A stretch of 64,000 nucleotides of DNA from positions 2,542,001 to 2,606,000 of the forward strand of contig OZ361256.1 in assembly GCA_977018835.1 (NCBI GenBank), given 5' to 3'. How positions within the stretch are numbered: position 1 is the stretch's first letter; each line of letters starts with the position of its first letter. The notes under the pieces are model-generated. The model had not been told where the DNA came from. It worked only from the letters and a program-made list of their open reading frames with translations, and did no database searches. The DNA is from Minutocellus sp. GHC0000111 (lineage: Eukaryota). The position numbers and the translations under genes are program-made. Of this stretch, positions 1 to 9,932 are shown in pieces.

Positions 1-137
1 AACTGGTCTTTTTTTGATGAAACAAAGCTGAGCATCTCGTTTGGTTCGAGCGAGTCAAGTCTTTCATTTGGAACTTTCGGGAAACATACAGACTCACAAA
101 AGGGGAAATGGAAAACCTCATTGGAAGTTTGCCTCCA

Positions 138-145
138 TGACGTCA
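138..145. promoter_or_regulatory. Palindromic TGACGTCA (bZIP/aureochrome-type site) upstream of the Lhcx gene
   Basis: Perfect TGACGTCA about 320 bp upstream of the ATG at 462. TGACGT is the known aureochrome bZIP core. Function is inferred. Confidence 0.35.
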
Positions 146-461
146 CGCCAATTGAGTGCATTTCTACGCAACGTACAAAATAGTAAGATATGGGGGAATA
201 CTATTTATTTCTTAGGAAAGTTTTTACGGGGGGATACGGTTTGCCTATGGTTCGCACAATCGCTTGCCTGCGAACCATCCATCGATTTCTCTGACTCAGC
301 GGCCGACCAACCGTGTCCATCGAACACATCAGACAGTGACGCATCGACCTGCACGCTGACCCGCACGCATCGCACCGCATTGCCACCCCACCCATCAGCT
401 CACTTTTCAGTCTCTGCTACTCTTGCAACACCCTCTCTCCACCCCCAATACATATATAAAC

Positions 462-1232
462 ATGAAGCTCGCCATCCTCTCCGTTGCCGTCGCTGGTGCC
501 GCCGCTGGTGCCGCCGCCTTCGCCCCTTCGGCCAATGTCGCTCCCGCCACCTCGGCTCTTCGCATGTCCGAGCCCGCCACCGAGACCGAGGCTCCCGCCG
601 CCCCCGCCGTCGAGGGCGAGGCCGCCGCCATGCCCATGGCCGACCAGACCCAGGAGCTCAGCGCTGCCCCCGTCGTCCAGGCCCTCAACGGCTGGGTCCC
701 CGACGAGTCCAAGCCCTGCCTCGGCCTTCCCGGCGCCTCCGCCCCCCTCGGATACTTCGACCCCCTCGGCTTCTGCAAGGGCCGCAACCTCGAGGGCGTC
801 AAGCGCTTCCGTGAGGCCGAGGTCATGCACGGCCGCGTCGCCATGATGGCCACCGTCGGCTACCTCATCGGCGAGTCCACCCCCACCATCACCTACGGCA
901 TGAACGTCCACCACACCATCGCCAACAACCAGATCCCCGAGGTCCCGGGAACCGTCCTCTTCCCCTTCTTCCTCGCCATCAACATTGCCGCGGCCCTCCG
1001 TGCCTCCGTCGGCTGGGTCGAGCCCGGCCTCGGTCCCCTCTTCACCCTCCGCGAGTCCTACTACCCCGGTGACCTCGGCCTCAAGCTCTTCAAGCCCACC
1101 GATGCCGAGAAGTTCGCCAACATGCAGACCAAGGAGCTCAACAACGGACGACTTGCCATGCTAGCGGCTGCAGGCATGTGTGTCCAGGAGCAGGTTAACG
1201 GCAAGGGTATCCTCGAGAACCTCGGATTTTAA
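462..1232 (+). CDS. Lhcx: Light-harvesting complex protein, Lhcx/LI818 (photoprotective) clade
   Basis: Signal peptide plus AAAF-AP plastid motif; FDPLGF...FREAEVMHGRVAM (helix 1); GWVEP; QTKELNNGRLAMLAAAG...VNGKGILENL C-terminus typical of diatom Lhcx. Intronless. Confidence 0.9.
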   Translation: MKLAILSVAVAGAAAGAAAFAPSANVAPATSALRMSEPATETEAPAAPAVEGEAAAMPMADQTQELSAAPVVQALNGWVPDESKPCLGLPGASAPLGYFDPLGFCKGRNLEGVKRFREAEVMHGRVAMMATVGYLIGESTPTITYGMNVHHTIANNQIPEVPGTVLFPFFLAINIAAALRASVGWVEPGLGPLFTLRESYYPGDLGLKLFKPTDAEKFANMQTKELNNGRLAMLAAAGMCVQEQVNGKGILENLGF

Positions 1233-1672
1233 GCAAAAAAATTCCGTCCGATTTGAGGAGAATTTTGTATTGTTCAGCTCGGGGTTGTCGTCCAACCTTG
1301 GAGAGGAGCAGTGCAGGGTAGCAATTTTGTAAACTATTAGTGCATAAATATTTCTATCAAATGAAGGATTCCTGTGTATACGTGATGTTTGCAGATGTTT
1401 GGTGTAGTATAGTACTTGGCCTGTTGCATAACGGTATGATTTGTTTTCTTTCCATTGCAGCAGATTTGTAAATTTTATCCTTGTTGCGGACGGGAGTAGA
1501 TTCTAAGATCTACTGGTGGCTTACCTCTGGACCCACAACTTTAGTTGGCGAGTGAGTCTACTCTTGATATACGAGTATACAACACAATGCTACATACATA
1601 ACCCTTCTAATAATATTACGATCGCTATGATGTACATGCTACATGCTACATACTACGCTCTCTATAAGACTG

Positions 1673-3293
1673 CTATCGCTTTGGAACATTGCCACTGGCG
1701 AATTGCGATGGGTCCGGCTGGACGGAAGCAGTTTTCCGTTCCTCTTCTACCGGCACAGCCGTGGCATCCTCCTCCTCACCTTCTTCATCAACCTCCTCCT
1801 CCTCTTCTTCCTCCTCATCAGGAGGCAAATCGGCACGACTGGCCGCCGTCGCAATAATCTCCTCGCACCTTTCGGCCGTCATGCCCACCTTGTCGACGTT
1901 GGACCAGAACACCTCCTCGGCCGCACGGTATACGGCCTCATCGGCTTGGTCGTAGTGTCCTTGAGACTGCTGCTGCTCTTGCAGCTCCTTTTCCTCCTCT
2001 GCACTCCGTTCGCCGGGTCGCTTCCCCACCACCACAGGGCGGTACGTCTGGAATTCTTCCACATACGGCGTCCCTCCGATCAAGGCATGCCACAGACACA
2101 TGCTCAGATTCCAATCCTCGGTCAACCCCACAAAGGCAAATCCATCGCGCAGCCGTTCCGTGGCCATGGTCACCTCCTCGTCACTGGGTGGGACATCGCT
2201 CTCCATGCACGGGTAGGCCCCGTCCCTCGTCAGCGTCTTGGTAATGCACCCGGCAGCCCGCTGACGGTAGGCGTCGAGGTCGGCCGTGTCGGGAAATCCC
2301 CGCTCGGTCCCGATCCGCGACCAGAACGAGCTGACGACCCGCTCGTCGGGACGGCGGAACATGGCCACGAGGTTGCCCCGGTGGGCGGTGTACTGGCTGT
2401 CCCCTCCTTCCGGTAGTTGTGCTCCCTCTTCATTATTCATTGTGGAGCTGCTGCTAGTGGTCGAGGCACCGCCCAGACCACCGTGAAAGTCCGGTCGGGC
2501 GCCCTCTACCAACCCCTGGGGGCAGTGGCTGGAGATGCTGTACCGCTCAAAGTACTTGGCCATGTTCTTGCCGGTGTAGTCCATGATGGACCAATCCCTG
2601 GGCCACGAGGCGCAGACGGTCCACAGCAGGGTTTGGAGGAAGGCGTTGCCGGATTTGGGCACGTGGACCCACAGGAGGGGTGCCGTGGGGGCTGCCGGGT
2701 TGGCGTTGAGCGTGTTGCCCGTTGTGCTTGTTGATGCTTTTGCGGTGACATCGGACGACGACGAGGTGGCAATGGCGGCGCCATCGGTGGCAATCCTACG
2801 GAACGACGTCGACCGAGCGGCGCCGCTGGAGGTGGTCAGATACGACAACAACCCCTGGGCCATGCCGCTGGGGATCATGTCCATGTTGAGCACCTTGTGC
2901 GGCAGGGTCGACGACGGGTCGATGAGGTGCATAATGTCGTCGGCCGCGGGGAAGGCGGCGTTCCGCGAGGCCGTGACGGCCCGGGGCCGGTGGATGGAGG
3001 ATTGGCCGTGGAGAGATGGGCGTGCTTATGGAGGTAGAAGGATCTTCCGAGGATAAAAGGCACAGGGTGACGGCACCGATGCCCGCCAGGTAGCGGGCCA
3101 TGGACACGAGCCTCGTCCTCTTCCGGGAGCCACTGTTGATGGTGTTGGTGATGTTTGCACTCGACATATTGTTGATGGAACAAGTATCATTTGCGCCGCC
3201 AGATGCTCCTGATATGGAAGTAGCAGAAGGAGGCGAGGAACGGATGCACTCCATGGTGTCCTCCCTCCTCAACGACATGGCCGGTCTCTCCAT
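1673..3293 (-). CDS. Membrane-anchored (Golgi-type) sulfotransferase; N-terminal anchor is in a different frame (apparent frameshift about 2935-3025)
   Basis: 5'-PSB-like WVHVPKSGNAF, 3'-PB-like MFRRPDERVVSSF and FAFVGLTEDW in ORF 1673-2932, whose frame is open only to about 3025. The hydrophobic anchor (YLAGIGAVTLCLL) lies in ORF 2796-3293. Confidence 0.65.
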
Positions 3294-4094
3294 GGCCCTT
3301 AATTATTAGTGTGAGATAGAGTGCGGATGATGCTGGGCGGCTTGCAGTTCTTCCGTGCTTTCGTGAGGGGCAATAGGCTCGGTTACGGTTAGGTTGCCGC
3401 TCGCGATAAATGAAATGAGCAGCACGGCGGTTTCGGATTTCGGCTGGGGTCATCCGCCGTCATCTGCGTGACCAAAGTGACTTTTTCCTTTTGAAAAAGT
3501 GACTTTTTCTGTCACCGCCTTCAAACCAAAAGGTCGATTTCATGAATTTGCTTGCAAAAAACTAAGTCGCATGATCAAAAACCGTTGGCCGCTGGCCGAA
3601 AAAGCAAGCAAAAGCGGAGCGACCACACATCAGTCACCGCCACGGCGCTTGTTTTCCCACCAACAGCCACCACGCCAGAGGCAAGACGGATATCGATTGG
3701 TCGATTGCTGGCCAAAAGCCCAAAGAAACGGCGAGCAAGGCAAGAGATACGAGAGCGTACAATTGAAGTATTCTGCTGCTCTCGTTCATTCTGCAGGCAG
3801 CACATACCATACGAAAAGCCAGCACATCTCGTGCCACTGCTTTGAGTCCCAGGCAAGATTTGCTGAGCGATCGTTTTGGATTCTTGGATAGCATACCGTA
3901 GTTTACTACGTAGTCTAGTAGCAGTCTTTGCATTGAGTATTGGGAACGTTCTGCGGACACTAACGAGCAATCAGCGAGTGCGGAAGGACTTTATTGGGGA
4001 TTGACACATCGACGTCGCCTTGTAATATTTGTTTTGGAATTGGATTTGCGGAATAAACGGCCATTGCAAACATCAGCAAACCAACGACATAAAA

Positions 4095-7000
4095 ATGACG
4101 AACGGCAGGAGGACCACCGCAGCCACCGCCACGGCCCTGCTGGCCCTGTCGTCCGTCGCACACATTGCCGAAGCCAAGCTGGCCGACCGCTCCCGCGTCG
4201 TGGCGGCCCGCAAGGCGTCGGGCCGGTACGATCGCCACAGAGACAACGGCCGGCCCATCGAGGGACCGGCCTACCGCGTGGCGAAGCGGGACGATCTTCT
4301 GGATGCCGCCGAGGAGAAGGCGGCCGACTACGCCGGGAGGCCGTACGGTACCAACGGCGCGGCCAGTCCGCATCTGAGCGGGGATCGGTACGGCCGGCAG
4401 GCCCAGCGGCAGAGGCAGGCGCTGGCGGCCGAGGCCGAGGGGGGGCAGAGGGTTAATGAGAGCGATGGTAATCAGCGAGGAGATGCCAGGATGCTCAACC
4501 TTCGTGGCAGCAGCAGTGCTAATGCCAATAATAATCAGGACGAAGCGCCTCTCAACGCCAACGTCCTCGACGACACCCCCGAGGAATTCTCCCGCCGCCT
4601 CTCCTCCCAGCTCACCTCGTGCTGCACGGCCTACGCCAACTACTACTCCTACGACATGTGCAACCTGTACGGGGAGGACTGCCAGGACGGATCCGGAGGT
4701 TCGAACGATTCCGGCGACGGGGATTGCGAGATGGACGGTTTGTCCTTCATCGGCGTTTCCTTCTCCGTCAACGTGGCCGAGGGCAACCCGTACTCGTATC
4801 AGCTGTGCGATCAGTTCCCCATGCAGAACATCATCGATCGGGATTACGACTACGTGATGAGCATGGACGAGGATGGCTGGCTGGTGGGCGGTGGATACAA
4901 GCAGTTCGATTACTCGGGGAAGATGCCCTACATCGATTCCAGCCACACGGAGCTCCTTCGTGTGGGTTCCCTAGATCCCAACTATGGGTAAGTGCCTGTT
5001 TTGCCATATTTTTGTCTATAAATATGCATGTAATAAATCTCATCTCACCCACTAATTCGCCAATATTTTATATTCCTCTCTCATCCTCCTACTTGCAGTG
5101 GAACCTCCATCGATCAGGTCTACACGGCCATGTCCACCGTCTGTTTCCCCCCTCTGTCCATTTTCCCCGAATACCTCAAGGGCGGCGGCGGCCATCACTC
5201 CAACGACGGTGGCGATGACGAGCTCGTTTCCTCCTCCGACGTTACCCTCATTGTTTCTGTCGTCGACGAGTACGACGACGAGAACAACTACAGTGGCTAC
5301 GAGCAGTTTCTCGACGATCTCTTCGATGCCATGTACAGCGTCGGCGCCGGTCCCTGCATGGACGATCACGACACCGACCCGCACGTTTCCATGGCCCGTG
5401 GAGTCAAGTTCAAGAGTTCGTGGCATCAGGAGCAGTACATGTACGAGGCCAACCTCGAGGTGGCTGTTTGGCAGTCCATGTACCCCAATGGCGTCGTCAT
5501 CGGCTCCAATGGATACGCCTCCTTCCCGCCCGGCCGCGGCGGTACCCGCCAGTACGTTGGCTATGGTAACCTGTACTTCTTCTTCGACCGTGCCAACATC
5601 ACCAAGGCCTTTGCCCCCTACCGTGGTCTGACGGACGACGAGGCCTACTATGCAGCACTGACCAAGTCGGCAGATGTTTCGGAGTACTATGCTGCCACGA
5701 CGAATGTTCCCTTCGACTATGGCGGCAGCGGCGATAACGCCGAGTACGAGCACAATCCGTACAATTGGAAGGCAACGATGGCCATGCACGACATGACGGA
5801 GGGATGGGATTTGCCTCCCAACTGCGAGCAGGAAGGAGAAACCTTCTTTGGAATCCCTCTAGCGACCAAGTCCGATTCCAAGCTGCAGTCGTCCACGACG
5901 TTTCAGGAACAATTCGACTTTGAGAAAATTGTTGATCGCAACTACACATTCATCAAGAGTTTCGGTACCAACCACGGCTGGCTTGTCGGAGAGTATCTTG
6001 GCAATGCGGCTGGCTCTATCGTTGATAAGGATACAGCACATATTCCCATCTTTTATACCGGAACAACCAATGTGGACATGGGCGGTATGAGTCTCTCGGA
6101 TGTGATCAAGATTGCCAAGAACATTGATTTTGGTAAGCTCTACATCAAGCCAGCGTTTGTCTTCGTGGATGACAACGGTCACATTAAGCTCCAGTTCGAG
6201 TCCGATCCCTACTCGGCGTTGGCGTACCTTTATGATGCTCTCTGCAAGGAGCTTGGAATTGCCTGGAACTACGATACCCCGTCCAACAATCTCGGCATCT
6301 ACACCAATTGCGCCATGCATGCTGCTGGAGATCGTGCCATTTACGGCTGTGGTCCCGATGGTGAGAACACCGGCGGCTTCTGTCCTCAGATGACTTTGGC
6401 ATACAAAGCCAAATTCCAGTCTGAGGATCACGCCGCTGCCTATTTGGACATGGCCAACTCATACGTCGACTATTGGAGGTCCGAGTATCCCAATGGAGTC
6501 GCTGTGGGATCCTCCAAGTTCTGCCCGGATGGTGGATGCCTCGGTCTTTTCCTCAATCGCTACGATCTCTACAATGTGTTCAAGCCAGATCTTGGAGGCT
6601 CGTGGGTTGAATACAATGGTGCTTCAATGCCACCGACCTTCTCACCCGCTCCGACGTGGGCCGGCGGATGCGACAATCCACACAACTTCCACCTGGACAA
6701 GTGTTTCCGCAAGCGTTCCAGGCCTAAGCTCTCGGCGATTGCTTGGGATGCTCTTGGCGTTGTTGGTCAATTTTCTATCCTTTTGGTACTGTTCATGTCT
6801 GTTACGCTTTCCATATCCATATTCCTTGCCCGTGCACGAAAAAGGAAGAGAAAGGGAGAGACGTACCTTGGCTTCTTTGTCCGCGACCTCAGACGTAAGA
6901 AAAAGAAGAAGTTGCGCAAGAAGAAAAAGAAGAAGAAACTTGGGAGCGCCAAGGGCCTGGAGGATGATTTGCTCGCTGACGATCGCAAGAGCAAAAGCAG

Positions 7001-7265
7001 AAGCAAATCCAAGTCCAGGAGTGCTCGATCGGCCTCCAAGAGTCGAAGCGGTACTCGTGCCAGCAGCAGCCGATCCAGATCTCGGCCAAGGGAGGAGAAG
7101 TCTCGAAGCGAAAGCAAATCCAGGAGTCAATCTCGAAGCCGCGCTGATGCTTCGAGATCACGAAGCAGGAGAAGTTCCTCCCGATCCCGATCAAGATCGC
7201 GGAATCCCAATAGAGGACCACCGCCCGGTCGGCCAGAGGAAGACAAGAGGACGCAGCTTGTCTAG
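4095..7265 (+). CDS. Type I membrane protein with an internally duplicated 2H-like luminal domain and K/RS-rich tail; exons 4095-4987 and 5099-7265
   Basis: Signal peptide; a GTAAGT..TTGCAG intron (4988-5098) joins NY-G-GTSIDQVYTAMSTV in frame; one TM helix at about 6760-6830; RS-rich C-terminus. Confidence 0.8.
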
Positions 7266-7412
7266 TATGGGAAGGTCGTTGTTTGCTATGATTGATAGAT
7301 ATGATAATATTCTCAGGCTGCTGCCGCCTCATGGACTTTCAGTAGTCATGTTTGGCTAGGCGCGCCGTGAATGTACTCTAGAAAACGTTTAATTTACGGT
7401 GCTTACTGCATA

Positions 7413-9206
7413 TCAAGAATCATCCTCAACCCCCCACATCCGCTTCAGCATATCGTATGCCTTGGGATCGTGCTCCTTGATCTGCTTTCTATTGAATGGA
7501 AACCACTTGTTGTATTCTTCTTCGTTATCCAAGCCACCAAGAAAGGCCGAAGATAGCTCCGCAAAGTATTCCATCTGATCCGTGCACGCATATGCTTTGC
7601 ACATATCTGTTCCTTTCAAATTATGGACCTTGACCTTGTCATACAGTCCCTTCTTCATGGCATTGTCGTAGCATTCCTTCACCTCGACGTTATCATATCC
7701 TCCCTCCAAGCATTTGTGATGATAGGCGTGCGAAAGCTCATGCAACAAAACACCTCCAGGCCCCCATAAGTGGCAATCTCTTGAGTAATTACCAACACGG
7801 TATATCTCCACACATCCCGCCTTCTTTGGCGACATGCCGTTCTCAATCAGCCAACCCTTGTCCGGATGAAAGCACATGTCTCTACCTTCAACTGGTGCTA
7901 CCTTGGGACCAAACTTCTGGCTTCGATTGATATAGATGGGTGTATTTTCTCTCAAAGCGTTCCGAGCAGCAGGCGGCAGATGCCGAGCTGCAGCTGCAAG
8001 ATGTTCGGCAATCAAAGCCTTGAGCTTTTCTTCCTCTTCGAGTTGCTTTGGATCAATTGCCGAGCTTTCACTATTCTCGTTCCAGAGATGCTCCTCACAT
8101 CTCACTGGCCAACCTCCAAGTTCAATGCATCTGTACACTTTATTGGACGTGTCGATCGGCGTTCGGTCCAGCATTTCTTGGCATACTTCAAAAGAATATC
8201 TCCACCGGCCCCGTCCTCGCAAGAAACCTTGCTGATCTCTGCGCCGCGTTATCGTGACCACATGAATCTGGTACTCGGTATCATCACCTGTTTGAAGGCT
8301 GGCTCTTGTAGGTCGATATCCACCCAGCACTTCCTGGTGTGTCACACATCTTCCGTCGCTCTTTGATAATTTTTGGGTTGAATCGCCAATATCTTTATCG
8401 TAGATTTCCTCATCATCGTGTCCTCGCTTTGTACCGCATAATGTCAAGCAATCTCGCAGTCTCCTGGATGGTGGCGACGGTAGCAACTCCTCAACCTCGT
8501 CATCCTCATTCGTCTTCTTCTTCTTTTCATGATTCGACGTTCGTTTGGCCACCAAAAAGGCATGTCCCAGCGACGTGGTTTCGATATGCCCGACGCTGGG
8601 ATTGCCTCGATCATGTTTGGCTACAGGGTCTAGTCGGTAAAAGTGATACGGTTCGCCACTGTACGACATCCAGCACAACGTGAGGGGTTCGGACGTGAGA
8701 TTGCGGAAGCATACCCGAATTCTCTTCATCGATGGCTCGGTCGAGTGTTGGTTGGAGGGCAAATCGATGGATTTTATTTCTCCCGCGGTGAAGGACGTCT
8801 TGGCATCGGTGGCAACGGCATTGGCAGTAGCTGTGTCGGCATCACTGTCGTTATCGGCGGCGGATGTGCCGGTAGTTGCCCAAACATCGCCCAATCGAGG
8901 CGGTGGATCCGTTAGGCCGTCCATTACGCCGCTGATGAAATCGTTGATTGGTCGGGGGATGAGAACTTTTGTAGCCGACAAAGCACGTTGCGCCCTTTTG
9001 TTGGGCGATGACGGGGAAAGAGATTTGAACACCGCCGATGCCGATGTTGACGACGTGCTCGTACTCGGTGATGAAGAGGCTGCGGCTGCTGCGGCTGCTG
9101 CTGCGGCGGCAGTGGTGTGTTGTCGGAATGAGATAACACAAACGAGCACAAGGAAATAAATATATCTGGGGACAAGGGACCTTCTCGATGCATGCAACAT
9201 GTACAT
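7413..9206 (-). CDS. Predicted secreted or anchored zincin metallopeptidase with a VHL beta-like domain
   Basis: N-terminal hydrophobic segment; VCFRNLTSEPLTLCWMSYSGE...TTSLGHAFLV (VHL-like); VLLHELSHAYHH with downstream YACTDQMEYFAELS (HExxH...EYFAE). Confidence 0.75.
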   Translation of the reverse strand: MYMLHASRRSLVPRYIYFLVLVCVISFRQHTTAAAAAAAAAAASSSPSTSTSSTSASAVFKSLSPSSPNKRAQRALSATKVLIPRPINDFISGVMDGLTDPPPRLGDVWATTGTSAADNDSDADTATANAVATDAKTSFTAGEIKSIDLPSNQHSTEPSMKRIRVCFRNLTSEPLTLCWMSYSGEPYHFYRLDPVAKHDRGNPSVGHIETTSLGHAFLVAKRTSNHEKKKKTNEDDEVEELLPSPPSRRLRDCLTLCGTKRGHDDEEIYDKDIGDSTQKLSKSDGRCVTHQEVLGGYRPTRASLQTGDDTEYQIHVVTITRRRDQQGFLRGRGRWRYSFEVCQEMLDRTPIDTSNKVYRCIELGGWPVRCEEHLWNENSESSAIDPKQLEEEEKLKALIAEHLAAAARHLPPAARNALRENTPIYINRSQKFGPKVAPVEGRDMCFHPDKGWLIENGMSPKKAGCVEIYRVGNYSRDCHLWGPGGVLLHELSHAYHHKCLEGGYDNVEVKECYDNAMKKGLYDKVKVHNLKGTDMCKAYACTDQMEYFAELSSAFLGGLDNEEEYNKWFPFNRKQIKEHDPKAYDMLKRMWGVEDDS

Positions 9207-9331
9207 GTATGATCAGTGATCAAAGGGGAAGATGGTAGAATCGCTTCGTCCCCAAGCAGTCAAACCGATGCTCTCCTCCTCTCAGTCAGAAGCAACAATC
9301 CTCCCAAAGCTGCTTCGACCACCACCAGGTC

Positions 9332-9564
9332 TAGGCTTGTGGAACTTGTGGGTCAAATGCAGAAAATTTGTGGGTCAAAACCCACAAAAAATTTGTGGGT
9401 TTGTGGGAAACACCTATTTTGGGGGCAAAACGGGGATTTTACTAGCAAAATCAGCGTCGTTCGGCCCAAGTCAAGGGGTCTGAGAAGCTGAGAAGTCCAA
9501 AATTTGTGGGAGATTTGTGGATTTTTAGTCGAATGAGTCAAATCCCACAAGTTCCACAAGCCTA
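9332..9564. mobile_element. MITE (non-autonomous DNA transposon), 233 bp
   Basis: Perfect 21-bp terminal inverted repeats TAGGCTTGTGGAACTTGTGGG (9332-9352) and CCCACAAGTTCCACAAGCCTA (9544-9564); internal TTTGTGGG repeats; flanks ACCAGGTC and ACTGGGTC match 6/8 (possible 8-bp TSD); no credible ORF. Confidence 0.8.
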
Positions 9565-9932
9565 ACTGGGTCGCCGCGCGTCGGCCAGGTTTTTGAGATA
9601 AGGAATAGATTCAAAACAAAACCTGATTTCGAGCACCAACAAAAAACTTCTACGGTACTTTGACAATCGATTTGCATCGAACCATATTCGATGGAACAAA
9701 CCTTTGCAGTAATCTTGGTCCCTCTCATTTGGCCGTATGTTCGTCGCACACGTTTCTGATATTGACGTTTCTGTACTCAAAAGACACTGAGGGCCGAATG
9801 ACGGACACGGCTGGCGCTGCAAAATTTATGTGTTGAATTTATTCTTGCAATGGGATGCGCAATGCAGCAAGCTCGAACTGTGCTTGCATTGGCCACATTC
9901 ATTACACACAATTGAATTGAATTTGGGTGGCG

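Noticed and set aside
453..460. TATATAAA as a TATA box
   Set aside because: It lies immediately before the ATG and is more likely AT-rich 5'UTR.
9332..9564. TTTGTGGG repeats as a CRISPR array or telomeric repeat
   Set aside because: Irregular spacing, both orientations and bounded by TIRs; better explained as a MITE.
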